Positions 39,106-52,355 are shown, counted from the first letter of the stretch. The stretch is 64,000 bases of DNA from a bacterium (GCA_965204535.1 CBDBEV010000001.1:1-64000); one strand, 5' to 3'. The notes: generated by a model not told the origin, from the letters alone. A program made the numbers and translations.

Positions 39106-39870
39106 ATGTCTATGAAACCACTAGCGGATAAACGTGTCATCATCACAGGAGCATCAAGCGGTATCGGAGCCGCTATCGCTCACGAATACGCGAAAGCGGG
39201 AACTCACATATGGAGCGCAGGAGGCAGCGACCTTCAAGGACTACAAAGCACCATTGATGCGTGTAAAAACCTTGGCGTAAACGCTGGTGGAAAATGTTAT
39301 AATTTATCTAAAGCGCAGCGTTCGTCTCAACTGATTCGCGATGGCGTCGACTTTCTTGGTGGACTTGATATTTTAGTCATTTGCGCGGGCACAAGAGCCT
39401 TCAAACCCATCGTCGAAATCACGGATGATGAAGTCGACCTTTTATTCGAAGTCAATGCGAAAGCCGCCTACATCGCATCCCGAGAAGCGGCAAAGGTGAT
39501 GATTCCTCAAAAAAGCGGCTCTATCCTGATGATTGGCTCAGCTGCCGGCCACCGTGGCAGAGCCGATACGAGTCTATACTCAGTGACTAAATCCGTGCTT
39601 CATCACCTTACGAAATGCTTGGCTATTGAATTAGGACCTCATGGGATTCGCATAAACTGTCTGGCGCCGGGCCTGGTTGCAAGCCCGCGCGTAAAGGCAA
39701 GGCTCGATGCAAAACCTGAATATCTACAGTCCAGGCTAGAGGGCATACCACTCCATCAAATCGGAACGGTTGAAACCATGGCGGCCACTGCTCTGTTTAT
39801 GGTCTCTCCTGGAAACGAATTCATGAATGGCTCGATTGTGCTTTCGGATGGGGGCGTCACGGCAGGGTAG
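39106..39870 (+). CDS. SDR family oxidoreductase
   Basis: TGASSGIG, YSVTK, GIRINCLAPG, DGG. Confidence 0.93.
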   Translation: MSMKPLADKRVIITGASSGIGAAIAHEYAKAGTHIWSAGGSDLQGLQSTIDACKNLGVNAGGKCYNLSKAQRSSQLIRDGVDFLGGLDILVICAGTRAFKPIVEITDDEVDLLFEVNAKAAYIASREAAKVMIPQKSGSILMIGSAAGHRGRADTSLYSVTKSVLHHLTKCLAIELGPHGIRINCLAPGLVASPRVKARLDAKPEYLQSRLEGIPLHQIGTVETMAATALFMVSPGNEFMNGSIVLSDGGVTAG

Positions 39871-39875
39871 AAAAC

Positions 39876-41231
39876 ATGCGCGATGCGATGATGAGAATTT
39901 CAAGAAAGAAATTTTCTCTTTTGATAGTTCTGGTCTGCTTCTTCACCTTCTATCCGTTTGAAAATATCGCTGCAGGAGAAACTGCCCTAGATACCCACCA
40001 AACTCTCACCGCATTGGTTTCAAGCAGAACGAAATGGTTATTGACAGCACCTGCCGAAAAAGGCTCCTCCAAGTCAAATGCTACTCTGCTGGCCTTTACA
40101 ATGGATGGAGATTTTCATCCGATTACCTTCAAGAAAACAGGCGGGGTATTTCGTGTAAATGTGCAAGATCACCCCACCCCTTCCGACCTGGCTGCTAGTG
40201 TCCCACCCACCCAGCTACCAGATGGCAGTTTTGTCGGTGCAGGAAAAAGCGGAATGTTCATCAACGTCGACACTATCGAGCGACGTTGGTCATTCGTCTG
40301 GCCGAGCATCCGCCCTTCAATCCTATCGAAACCCGCTGTATTGGACAGAGCTAACGTGGCAATGGTCGGAGTCGATGGCTCCATACTTTTATTCCAAAAA
40401 AAAGAAGACAAATGGCTGCAAACCCAACTGATAAAAGCGAAAACAGCAAGGGTATTGCCAGATGCTGTTTTAACGACAGCCGATCTGGATGGCAATGGTC
40501 GAAAAGAACTTATCGTGCCTGCTGTACCATCCAAACTATACAGGCACGCCGTGCTCGGCGATGATATCGAACCCACGGAAATTCATGCGTATCGATTCAA
40601 CCAAAATTCTCTCGAACTGATGGCTACATACACCGCAGGGAAGAACAGTGTTTTTGAAGCCATTGGCACCCTCGTCTCCGACTTGGACAAAGACGGGAAG
40701 CATGAAATTCTCGTTACAAAAAGCGATTTCGATAGTGGGGCAGCCCATCTCGTTTTGGGAATGAGGAACAAAAAACTCATGCTCAAGGCGCGAAGCGGTG
40801 CAATCGGGGCCGGAAATCGCTGGTCGCATCTGTTGGGCGCATTCAACATAGATGGCAGCGCTCCTAAAATTCTAGCCGTAGAAACGCCGCACCTGTCAGG
40901 CCTTTTGCTGGCGCTGAGGCTAAGCGGCGATCGGCTCCGCGAGCGAGCTCGCATGGCTGGTTTCACTACGCATTCGGTTGGTTCCAGAAACCTTTGGAAA
41001 TTCGCCTTGCTAAGACGCCGTGGCGTTGTGGAAGCCGTGATGCAAGAAATCGGCCAGCAATATTTGAGCGGTCTCGCGCTCTTCGGAAATCGCTGGCACT
41101 TCAGGTGGTCGCGCCCTATTCCCTCACCCGTTCGATCCAATTTGCTTACCGCAGATTTCAACCAAGATGCGAAAGACGACATCGCTTTCGTCGATCAAGC
41201 CGGTCTCGTGCACATCTATTTATCCAAATAA
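39876..41231 (+). CDS. Exported FG-GAP/VCBS-like repeat protein
   Basis: N-terminal signal-like segment; ADLDGNGRKEL, DLDKDGKHEI and ADFNQDAKDDI motifs. Confidence 0.75.
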   Translation: MRDAMMRISRKKFSLLIVLVCFFTFYPFENIAAGETALDTHQTLTALVSSRTKWLLTAPAEKGSSKSNATLLAFTMDGDFHPITFKKTGGVFRVNVQDHPTPSDLAASVPPTQLPDGSFVGAGKSGMFINVDTIERRWSFVWPSIRPSILSKPAVLDRANVAMVGVDGSILLFQKKEDKWLQTQLIKAKTARVLPDAVLTTADLDGNGRKELIVPAVPSKLYRHAVLGDDIEPTEIHAYRFNQNSLELMATYTAGKNSVFEAIGTLVSDLDKDGKHEILVTKSDFDSGAAHLVLGMRNKKLMLKARSGAIGAGNRWSHLLGAFNIDGSAPKILAVETPHLSGLLLALRLSGDRLRERARMAGFTTHSVGSRNLWKFALLRRRGVVEAVMQEIGQQYLSGLALFGNRWHFRWSRPIPSPVRSNLLTADFNQDAKDDIAFVDQAGLVHIYLSK

Positions 41232-41329
41232 ATTCTCATCGATTTAATTCAACTGCGTGAAACGAACCGAACCAAGAGATGTCCTCTAATCCCTGCAGAC
41301 TAATGTCTTATAGCAGGGAACTCAGCTCT

Positions 41330-42640
<1,311 letters not shown>

Positions 42641-42813
42641 TTAAAACCACTCCCATCGCCTTGCGCTCCAAAGTCGCCTAGGGTAGCCCATCTTGAGCGA
42701 GGGATAAAAGACGGAAAAGAACTTTTATGCTCTTATAAATTGATCTTTGAAACGTCGAATGATATCGCAATAAACATTCTATTTATTTCCAGAATGAAAA
42801 GGAAAGTTATGAG

Positions 42814-44025
42814 ATGCCTCTGACAGGTGTACGTGTATTAGACCTAAGCCGCTTGCTGCCCGGCGGGCAATGCACATTGATGCTCGCCGATATGGGGGCA
42901 GATGTCATCAAAATAGAAGAACCGCTGCGCGGCGATTATATCCGCCTCGCATCTCCTTTTGATGAGCATGGCGTATCCCCCCTTCACCTCTGCTACAACC
43001 GCAACAAACGCTCCCTGGCTTTGGACCTTAAAAACGTAGATGGCGTATCCACACTCCTCAGATTGGTGAGAGATACAGACGTGCTCGTCGATAGCTTTCG
43101 GCCCGGGGTGATGGAGCGCCTTGGCACTGGCTATCAAATACTCAAAAAAGAGAACCCCGCCCTCGTCCATTGCTCTATCACCGGATATGGACAAGAAGGC
43201 CCTCTCGCCAGAACTCCGGGTCATGACTTGAACTTCCAGGCCCTCGGCGGTGTCGTAGAACTCACTGGCGACGCCGGCGGTCCTCCATATGTGCCCGGGG
43301 TGCTCATCGGGGATGTGGGCGCCGGCATGTGGGCGGCTTTCGCCATACTCGCAGCGTTGCGCCTCGCCGAGCGGACGGGCGCTGGACAATTTATCGACAT
43401 GTCGATGCTCAATGCCGTGATGAGTTTCCTATCCATCCATGGGCAAACATATCTCTCGACGGGACTGAGCCCAGGACGCGAAGAGATGCGGCATAATGGC
43501 CGGAGACCATGTTATCGTCTCTATCCCACCAAAGACGGTCGGATGCTCTCCGTCGCCTGCTCGGAACCGAAGTTTTGGGTGAATTTGTGCGAGATGCTCG
43601 GGCATGAAGATTTTTATGACGATTATGGCGCCAGAGGAACGCGACGCACAGAAGTGATTCAAGCACTCAATAAAACTTTTCAATCGAAGGCACTCGAAGA
43701 GTGGGTTGCGTTTTTTGATGGCGCAGAAGTATGTGTGAGCCCAGCTCTTGATATGCACGAAAGCTTCGGACACACACAGGTTCAATCGAGTGGACTCGTA
43801 AGGGAATATCAACATCCTGTCAAAGGGACTTATCCCGGCACGCGGCCAGCCCCAAAATTCTCGAACCTGCCTATTAGAGACTCTCTCCCGCCACCCCGCC
43901 TGGGAGAACATTCAGTTGAAATTCTAAAGGAATATGGGTTTCAAGATGAAGAAATTGAGGGTTTGCTGGCATCCGGCACCTCTCACAATGGCACCGACCC
44001 GGTGGGTGAAACCATCAGCGAATGA
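42814..44025 (+). CDS. CaiB/BaiF family (class III) CoA-transferase
   Basis: GVRVLDLSRLLPG, LADMGADVIKIE, NRNKRS, GHDLNF. Confidence 0.93.
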   Translation: MPLTGVRVLDLSRLLPGGQCTLMLADMGADVIKIEEPLRGDYIRLASPFDEHGVSPLHLCYNRNKRSLALDLKNVDGVSTLLRLVRDTDVLVDSFRPGVMERLGTGYQILKKENPALVHCSITGYGQEGPLARTPGHDLNFQALGGVVELTGDAGGPPYVPGVLIGDVGAGMWAAFAILAALRLAERTGAGQFIDMSMLNAVMSFLSIHGQTYLSTGLSPGREEMRHNGRRPCYRLYPTKDGRMLSVACSEPKFWVNLCEMLGHEDFYDDYGARGTRRTEVIQALNKTFQSKALEEWVAFFDGAEVCVSPALDMHESFGHTQVQSSGLVREYQHPVKGTYPGTRPAPKFSNLPIRDSLPPPRLGEHSVEILKEYGFQDEEIEGLLASGTSHNGTDPVGETISE

Positions 44026-44039
44026 ATCTACTTCAATCT

Positions 44040-44504
44040 TTATCCGGTATGGCTGCGTTCTTCCAATTTTTCCAACTCAGCCTCGAAATCCTTGAGGGTC
44101 CCGAATGAGCGATAGACCGATGCGAAGCGAACGTAGGCCACCTCATCTACTTCCCTCAACTCATCCATCAATTTTTCACCTATTGCTTTTGTCGATATCT
44201 CTTTCTCGCCACTATCAAGGATATAGCGCTCTACCCGGTCGGCAATCGCTTCTTGATCCTCAGCGGATACAGGCCTTTTCTCCAATGCCTTTTTGATGCC
44301 TATGCTGATCTTGTCGCGAAGATAATTCACCCTTGTGCCATCTTTTTTGACAATGAGCGGCCAGGAGACTTCTGCCCTCTCGTAAGTCGTAAATCGGTGC
44401 GCGCATTTTTCGCACTCTCGTCTTCTACGAATCGAATTTCCTTCCTTGGTCGTACGGCTGTCGACCACTTTACTTTCGGAATGACTACAAATCGGACATT
44501 TCAT
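44040..44504 (-). CDS. nrdR: Transcriptional repressor NrdR
   Basis: MKCPIC..VVDSR..IRRRREC..RFTTYE, VAYVRFASVY. Confidence 0.98.
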   Translation of the reverse strand: MKCPICSHSESKVVDSRTTKEGNSIRRRRECEKCAHRFTTYERAEVSWPLIVKKDGTRVNYLRDKISIGIKKALEKRPVSAEDQEAIADRVERYILDSGEKEISTKAIGEKLMDELREVDEVAYVRFASVYRSFGTLKDFEAELEKLEERSHTG

Positions 44505-44531
44505 AAGGATCCAGTCCGGGCAGTAGAATCA

Positions 44532-44990
44532 CTAAGACATCGGCTGAGGCGCATCTTCAATATCGGCAATCTTATCCAGACGACGGGCGTGACGCCCGCC
44601 TTCAAACTCCGTTTTCAACCAAATGGTTACAATTCTCTTTGCTTCCTCAAGGCTCAGCACCCGGCCACCCAGAGCCAAGACGTTGGCATTGTTGTGCAGG
44701 CGGCTCATACGCGCGGCCCATTCATTGTGACAAGCGACAGCGCGAACACCCGGAAATTTATTCGCCACGATGACCATACCCGCTGCTGACCCACAACAAA
44801 AAATTCCTCGCTCGGATTTGCCTTCACTCACCGAACGAGCGGCGGGCCCGGCATAATCGGGATAATCACAAGATTCATCCGAGTTTGTCCCGAAATCATG
44901 GTATGGAATCGCTCTATCATCAAGCAGTTGCTTCACTGCTTCTTTGAGTTCAAATCCCCCATGATCAGCTGCAAGAGCGATTTGATTCAT
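44532..44990 (-). CDS. rpiB: Ribose-5-phosphate isomerase B
   Basis: ADHGG, DYPD, ANKFPGVRA, HNNANVL, FEGGRH. Confidence 0.97.
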   Translation of the reverse strand: MNQIALAADHGGFELKEAVKQLLDDRAIPYHDFGTNSDESCDYPDYAGPAARSVSEGKSERGIFCCGSAAGMVIVANKFPGVRAVACHNEWAARMSRLHNNANVLALGGRVLSLEEAKRIVTIWLKTEFEGGRHARRLDKIADIEDAPQPMS

Positions 44991-45183
44991 CGGAATTCTC
45001 CGGGCGATGCGCGTTGGAGGGACACAGCCTTTCAAAACTAGGCCGTAGCAAATTATAAGTCAAGAAATCACTCATTCACACAGCCATTCCAAAATCTGTG
45101 TAATCCCGCACTTAAATAACGACCTTTATCATCAATGCCAATAACTATGCTCGTGCAAAAACATGATTCTTCAACACAAGGAT

Positions 45184-46461
45184 TCAATATGGTTTCAGCT
45201 CCGTTCCAGAAATTGCTTTGCCCAAAAGAATTCTTGATGCCTCCTGCGCTGTTTTTTTGAATTCATTCTCTGCGGCCAGCCTCTCGCCTTTTTCCTGCAA
45301 ACATCGCGCCTCGATCAAATGCAGTGCCAGACGCACCCAAGAATCCTGACCTTCCATCGACACGGCCATGGCAGATGCCTGCTCCAAGCTTTTATTGACT
45401 TTCTCGATTTGACCTGCTTCGAGCATCAACGCTGCGTGGAGCACGTGATGATGGATATCATTCTCTCTGCGCTTGCCTGCAGAATGAACATTTGCGGCAG
45501 CTTTTTTTATCGCGTTATGTGACTCCAGAGGTCCGACCGACAACGCTAACCGTTGCAAAAACTCCAAACCACCTAAAGCCTGATATCCATTTTCCCAAGT
45601 ACGTAGAGCTCGCCTCTCACGACCTTCCGCTAGCTGCGCATCACCCAACAAAAGATATGCTTTTTTTTCTTTGGCCAGATAACGCAGAGCTTGTTCTAAA
45701 AATGGAATGGCAGCCTCTGAATCCGAGTTATTGAATTTCGTCTCACCTACCGCAAGATACACGCGGCCAGCAATTTGGTTGTCTTCTTGTCGATCCAAAT
45801 CCGAAACATTCAATTGCGAGAGTTTCTCGCAAATTTCGACAGCAGCTTCGAGACGGCCATTTTCCAGATACATATCCCGGAGTTTTCGCAACACTGAGGG
45901 GCTCACGCCTCTCCCTCTACTGTTTTGCGCAAGCAACTCAAGAGCTTTTTTCGCCTGGCCGGAATGATCGAGAGTCTCCGACAATCGGATAATGGAATCA
46001 GGCGAGTTGTTCGTAACAGCACGAAGGCGCTCATTCCATTGAATAGCGTCATCGGGGTTGCCGGAATCTATCGCCAAATCCGCTGCGAGCCTCAAGGCAG
46101 GAGTAAAATGAGGGTCATCCTTGAGTGCACGCTTAAGTTCTCTTCGAGCGCGTCTTCTTTTTCCTTGAATTCCAAGGTTTTGAGCCCTGGCAAATCGCTC
46201 CTGAGCGCGATGCAAACGTTTTTGTTTCTTTGCCATTTTCTTCCGCGAAAACCAACCGAGCGCAGCCTCGCCCCACCCTAGAACGGAAGCCAGAAACGAA
46301 CCAACGAGAGCCGCTCCGATAACCACCAGAGCTAATGGAACTCGCACTGACCAGGCATCGGTGAGACGCAGGTCTATGATTTCTCGATTGTAGTGAAGAA
46401 AATAGACAGCAGCCGCAACCGGAACTGCCAGAATGAGGAGAGTCCGAATTTTCATTCGCAA
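45184..46461 (-). CDS. Membrane-anchored TPR protein (LapA/LapB-like)
   Basis: Two N-terminal TM segments (LapA-like) followed by TPR repeats. Confidence 0.7.
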   Translation of the reverse strand: MRMKIRTLLILAVPVAAAVYFLHYNREIIDLRLTDAWSVRVPLALVVIGAALVGSFLASVLGWGEAALGWFSRKKMAKKQKRLHRAQERFARAQNLGIQGKRRRARRELKRALKDDPHFTPALRLAADLAIDSGNPDDAIQWNERLRAVTNNSPDSIIRLSETLDHSGQAKKALELLAQNSRGRGVSPSVLRKLRDMYLENGRLEAAVEICEKLSQLNVSDLDRQEDNQIAGRVYLAVGETKFNNSDSEAAIPFLEQALRYLAKEKKAYLLLGDAQLAEGRERRALRTWENGYQALGGLEFLQRLALSVGPLESHNAIKKAAANVHSAGKRRENDIHHHVLHAALMLEAGQIEKVNKSLEQASAMAVSMEGQDSWVRLALHLIEARCLQEKGERLAAENEFKKTAQEASRILLGKAISGTELKPY

Positions 46462-46476
46462 CTCATCGCTCGGTAC

Positions 46477-46854
46477 CTAACTACCGCCGCGCCTTTCAAT
46501 TGCATTTTGAGCCGCCACTGTATAACGCGCATAGGGGATCGCTTCCAGGCGGGAATAGGGAATCGGCTCATCCGACTCCTCACATATACCATAAAGTCCA
46601 TCTTCGATCCTCTGGAATGCCGCCTCCACTTCCCGCAAACGCTCCCGCTCCCTTTCTCCCAAATCCATTAAAACTTGCCGAGAATACGTGTCGGCAGCCA
46701 TATCAGCTATATCTTGAGTCCCATCATCACCAATTTCTTTGGTGTGTATCTTACTTTTCTCCACATCCCCAAGTATTTCACGGCGAACTTCATTCAATCT
46801 TTCTTCTAGATCCCTCAACTGTTTTTTAGTCAAATGCTTCACTTTGAACCTCAA
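46477..46854 (-). CDS. DksA/TraR family protein
   Basis: Coiled coil DIADMA, RIEDGLYGICEESDEPIPYSRLEAIPYA; only one Cys remains. Confidence 0.88.
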   Translation of the reverse strand: MRFKVKHLTKKQLRDLEERLNEVRREILGDVEKSKIHTKEIGDDGTQDIADMAADTYSRQVLMDLGERERERLREVEAAFQRIEDGLYGICEESDEPIPYSRLEAIPYARYTVAAQNAIERRGGS

Positions 46855-46870
46855 CTTTCATTCTGATGAC

Positions 46871-47185
46871 CTAAGCACTAGGTGCCATTGGCTTGATGAC
46901 GGATGCGTGTGACCATAAATCTTCCAATCGATAAAAATCTCGACTCTTTTCGTTGAATATGTGGACAAGGAAATCACCACAATCCATCAGCACCCAATTT
47001 CCCTCTGCTAACCCTTCCGTTAAAAATACAGTATCACCTATGTCCTTAAGTTTTTCTCTTGTTGCCTCACAAAGCGCTTTCACATGTCGAAGGCTCGTTC
47101 CGTGGCAAATCAAAAAAGCATCCACCTCGACGGATAAAGGCCGAAGGTCCAAGAGCACTACGTCCATCGCTTTCTTCGCTTCCAA
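46871..47185 (-). CDS. rsfS: Ribosome silencing factor (true start probably further upstream)
   Basis: KKAMDVVLLDL, EG...NWVLMD.GD..VHIF...RDFY.LEDLW; follows nadD. Confidence 0.93.
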   Translation of the reverse strand: MEAKKAMDVVLLDLRPLSVEVDAFLICHGTSLRHVKALCEATREKLKDIGDTVFLTEGLAEGNWVLMDCGDFLVHIFNEKSRDFYRLEDLWSHASVIKPMAPSA

Positions 47186-47249
47186 TGACTCCTGGAGTGT
47201 ATGAAGCCGATTCTCTAGTTTCTTAATGGGTCTTCATCCCCCACAATAT

Positions 47250-47957
47250 TTAGTCAACATTTCCCGAATGGCCATATAACCGGCGGCGAATTATATAGAG
47301 TTCGACCTCGCGTGGCAATAAATGCTGTATGGAGGAAGACGCCCTAATGCACTGTCTAATCCGGGTGGCCGAAATGTCGATTTCAGGTATCGAAATGAAT
47401 TTTATGATCCGCTCATTGTCTGCAAATTTAATTTCTTGTAAGGACTCATCCAGGTAATAAGCCGGCTCGATTTCTCGAATCACTCGGAGAAGCGTTTCCC
47501 AATACTCTGAAGTATTTTGATTTCCTCTCAAGGTAACAGCAAAATCGACGGCGTGTAACACCTCTTTTGGTTTGTGCCATGTGTTCAACTCAAGAAACGC
47601 ATCCGCACCGATGATGAAAAACAAGTCGTTTTCATCAGGTAACCGTCTCGCTAATTCTTCCAAGGTATCAAGAGTATAAGATGCCCCTCCCCGCTCTACT
47701 TCAACGGGGTCACATACATATGCGGGGTAATCCTCCAAAGCAATCCCAACCATTTCCAATCTATCAGCAGCCGAGGCGACTTCATCATGCGGCTTATGAG
47801 GAGGAAAAGCAGAGGGAATGAACCTGATTTCATCAAGCATGAGCGCTTTGCGCACCTCTTCGGCAGACCGGAGGTGCCCATAGTGAATCGGGTTAAATGT
47901 CCCGCCTACAATCCCGATGCGCAATCGCTCTCCTTGGTTTTTCCCGTTATTCCTCAA
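47250..47957 (-). CDS. nadD: Nicotinate-nucleotide adenylyltransferase
   Basis: GGTFNPIHYGH, PPHK, FIIGAD, ISATRIR. Confidence 0.97.
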   Translation of the reverse strand: MRNNGKNQGERLRIGIVGGTFNPIHYGHLRSAEEVRKALMLDEIRFIPSAFPPHKPHDEVASAADRLEMVGIALEDYPAYVCDPVEVERGGASYTLDTLEELARRLPDENDLFFIIGADAFLELNTWHKPKEVLHAVDFAVTLRGNQNTSEYWETLLRVIREIEPAYYLDESLQEIKFADNERIIKFISIPEIDISATRIRQCIRASSSIQHLLPREVELYIIRRRLYGHSGNVD

Positions 47958-49095
47958 TCAAAACGAAATTGTTTCGATGAATAATCTCGTCATAGTCCTT
48001 GCTTCCAAGAATCGAGGCGATTTCCCTGGTTTGTTTCCCGGCGATTCGAGCAGCATCCTCACTTGAATAATTCGCCAGTCCGCGCCCAAAAGCCATGCCT
48101 TGCACATCTTGTATCTCCACCACGTCACCAAACCGAAAATTTCCCCCAACAGATACGACACCACTGGGCAATAGGCTTTTCCCTCTCTTCAACATCGCGT
48201 TTACGGCACCGCTATCGAGCTTGAGCCACCCGCGAGGTTTGGCCGTTGTTCCTATCCAGCCCTTTTTCCCCTTTAAGCGCGCGCCATTCGGCACAAAAAG
48301 CGTCCCCAACTGTTCCCCCATCACCACCCGTTCAATGACATTAGGGTCCCTGCCTTTCACGATAAGTGTGCTTATGCCCACTTTATTGAGGATGTTAACG
48401 GCCTCAACCTTCGTGCGCATGCCCCCATGGGCAAGTGGGTTTGGACTGGTGCCTGCGACCGACGCGATTTCCTTAGGTAGACCTTCAACACGAGAAATCA
48501 AACGCGCCGCTCTTGATTGCCGGGGATCTTCATCATATAAACCCGCCACATCTGACAAGATGATGACGAGACCTGCTTGAACCATTTGTGCCGTCTGGGC
48601 GGCTAGTGTGTCGTTGTCCCCAAAACGGATTTCCTCAATGGAAACCGTATCGTTTTCGTTCACAATCGGGAGTACGCCTTTACTAACCAATGCCTCAAAG
48701 GTATTACAGGCGTTCAGGAATCGGCTTCTCTCATCTAAATCTGAATGGATGAGCAAAACCTGCGCCGTCTCGATTCCCCTTTGTTTGAATGCACGGCCAT
48801 ATGCTTCCATCAAGATGGGTTGGCCAACGGCAGCGGCGGCTTGACGCTCAGGGACTGCTTTAGGAATTTCTTTAAGCCCCAGCCTTTTTACACCAGCCGC
48901 AATAGCTCCAGATGAAACAACAACGACTTGCCTCCCCTCTTCTCTGAGTTTCGCGACTTGGGAGGCGATACGCCCCAAAACCCTTCGGTTGACACCTAGT
49001 TCATCAGATGCCGTCAAAACCGAACTTCCCACTTTGACCACAATGCGTCGGCTTTGGAGAACAGGGTCGTCCCTTTTAATCATCGTCTCACTCAT
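47947..49095 (-). CDS. proB: Glutamate 5-kinase
   Basis: VVKVGSS, VSSGAIAAG, NENDTV..FGDNDTLA, PUA domain. Confidence 0.97.
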   Translation of the reverse strand: MSETMIKRDDPVLQSRRIVVKVGSSVLTASDELGVNRRVLGRIASQVAKLREEGRQVVVVSSGAIAAGVKRLGLKEIPKAVPERQAAAAVGQPILMEAYGRAFKQRGIETAQVLLIHSDLDERSRFLNACNTFEALVSKGVLPIVNENDTVSIEEIRFGDNDTLAAQTAQMVQAGLVIILSDVAGLYDEDPRQSRAARLISRVEGLPKEIASVAGTSPNPLAHGGMRTKVEAVNILNKVGISTLIVKGRDPNVIERVVMGEQLGTLFVPNGARLKGKKGWIGTTAKPRGWLKLDSGAVNAMLKRGKSLLPSGVVSVGGNFRFGDVVEIQDVQGMAFGRGLANYSSEDAARIAGKQTREIASILGSKDYDEIIHRNNFVLIEE

Positions 49096-49106
49096 TAGCT
49101 CTTTGT

Positions 49107-50421
<1,315 letters not shown>

Positions 50422-50433
50422 TTCCTTATCCTT

Positions 50434-50751
50434 TCACCCCGATCTGAGGATGTCTGTCACTTCTATTTGAGTATAAGGCTGCCTATGCCCTCGTTTGGTG
50501 CGGACTTTCTTGCGGCGTTTGAATCGAAAAGCAATAACTTTTTTTCCCCGCCCGTGCTCACGAATCACCGCTCTTACTTTGGCACTATCCAACGCCTCTT
50601 TTTCTGCAACAACATCTTCCCCATCTACGATAAGTCGGACATCCTCAAACTCGACACTTTCTCCAACATTCCCAAGCAAGCGCTCGACCAAGATTTGATC
50701 TCCTGTTTCGATGCGCATCTGTTTACCACCAGTTTCCACTACAGCATACAT
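50434..50751 (-). CDS. rplU: 50S ribosomal protein L21
   Basis: MYAVVETGGKQ..GHRQPYT. Confidence 0.99.
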   Translation of the reverse strand: MYAVVETGGKQMRIETGDQILVERLLGNVGESVEFEDVRLIVDGEDVVAEKEALDSAKVRAVIREHGRGKKVIAFRFKRRKKVRTKRGHRQPYTQIEVTDILRSG

Positions 50752-50900
50752 TCAAACATTCTCCTTGACGCCCAAATTATGCTTTGGTCTTAAAAATCAA
50801 CTATTTCCCTAACTTCTGACCAACGTGGAGGATATCTATCAATCCAGCCCCTAAAAGTCAATTCAAAGTCTGAACAAAATGACTATGTTTTTCATTGTTT

Positions 50901-51299
50901 TTATTTTCTTTTCTTCTTGATCAAGCTAAACGTCACCCGTTCGGCCCGATACGATATGGTACGCCTGACAGGCAAATATCCGTTTTTTTGCACAGATACG
51001 GTAAAACCCTTAAAGACATCTGTTATGCCTACCTTGAATTTTAGGCGCAAAGGTGTCTTGCCTTGAAAAACATCATTAATGAAAACATCAGCCTGCGGTG
51101 GATTCGAGGTGATGATAAGTTGACGGTCCTTGAATCCTTTAACCGGGTTTTCAACATTTCTCTCCCACCATTTACCCATTTGCTTCCTGGTTTTGGCGCA
51201 ACCCGATATACTTGGAAGAAACAAAAGGAGAATACAGAAACCCAGAATAAACCTTGATGAAGTTTTACACATATCCCCTTGATTCCATTTTCGGAACAT
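50901..51299 (-). CDS. PEGA-domain lipoprotein
   Basis: Lipobox-like ISGC; ITSNPPQADVFIND..GKTP..KNGY. Confidence 0.8.
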   Translation of the reverse strand: MFRKWNQGDMCKTSSRFILGFCILLLFLPSISGCAKTRKQMGKWWERNVENPVKGFKDRQLIITSNPPQADVFINDVFQGKTPLRLKFKVGITDVFKGFTVSVQKNGYLPVRRTISYRAERVTFSLIKKKRK

Positions 51300-51431
51300 G
51301 ATTCAAAACCCTATGAAAATCGCCCGACGTGAAAACGCCAAAAGATATTCAAAACATCAGTTTACCCTGAAAACATCATGAGGAAAAACACCTCAAAATT
51401 CAGCTGCCCCCGATTTTATTGCGGCCTCTTG

Positions 51432-52355
51432 CTACGCGGGTGATTCGCCCACCTCCTGCCCCGACCATTCCTCAAACATTTGCAGCAATTCCGTCTGGTC
51501 TGAATCCGGCCCGTATTTTTGTAAACCAAGACCATATATCTGCCTGGCATGATTGAGATAAAACGCCGCCACACCGTTTTCGCGTGCCAAATCGCTCCCC
51601 ATCGAGAGATCCTTGTGCATCAATCCCGTGGAAAAACCACAGGTGAAATCCCTGGGTAGAAGAAAGCGGGGCCATTTATCTTTGGTAGCACTATTCATGC
51701 CTGAGCCACCATTGAATACTTGAAGTGCCTTTTCGGAGTCTAAACCTAACTTCGATGCTAAAACCATGGCCTCCATAGATGCGAGCAGGCTCGTGGCTGA
51801 TAGAAAGTTATTTACGCATTTCATTGCATGTCCGGATTCTGGTGCTTCATCGATATGAACAATGGTTTTGCCCAATGTCTCGAAAATAGGCATCGCGGCT
51901 GCAACAATCTCTTTGGGACCGCCTGGCATGATCGCCAGAGTGGCGGCTTCTGCACCTACGACACCACCCGAAACCGGTGCACCGATAAGGTGTAGACCCT
52001 TGGCTTCCAGACGTGACGCAAGAGCGCTCGTCCTCGTGGGATAGGAGGAACTCATATCGATTATCAATTTTTCCTTATCCAGATGCGTGGATATGCCATC
52101 CGGCCCATCGACCACGGCATCCACGACATCGCTATCGGGCAACATTGTGATGACAACATCGACCCGCCTGGCGAGGTCGGCCAAGCTTTCTGCTCCTTGC
52201 ACTCCATCATCCCTCAAGGCCGCGACATTGTCCGGCCTCGTGTCAAAGGCCACGACCGCGTAGTCACCACGCCTCAGATTTTTCGACATAGGCGTTCCCA
52301 TCTTCCCGATTCCGACAAAACCGATAGTGACGCTTCCTGGTTCTAGAGTTTTCAT
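51432..52355 (-). CDS. Beta-hydroxyacid (3-hydroxyisobutyrate-like) dehydrogenase
   Basis: GFVGIGKMG, VITMLP, IDMSS, APVSGG, KCVNN. Confidence 0.9.
   Translation of the reverse strand: MKTLEPGSVTIGFVGIGKMGTPMSKNLRRGDYAVVAFDTRPDNVAALRDDGVQGAESLADLARRVDVVITMLPDSDVVDAVVDGPDGISTHLDKEKLIIDMSSSYPTRTSALASRLEAKGLHLIGAPVSGGVVGAEAATLAIMPGGPKEIVAAAMPIFETLGKTIVHIDEAPESGHAMKCVNNFLSATSLLASMEAMVLASKLGLDSEKALQVFNGGSGMNSATKDKWPRFLLPRDFTCGFSTGLMHKDLSMGSDLARENGVAAFYLNHARQIYGLGLQKYGPDSDQTELLQMFEEWSGQEVGESPA

Noticed and set aside
44040-49095. Absence of glyA between rpiB and nrdR and of proA after proB
   Set aside because: Operon rearrangement is common and the genes may lie elsewhere; it cannot be judged from this window.
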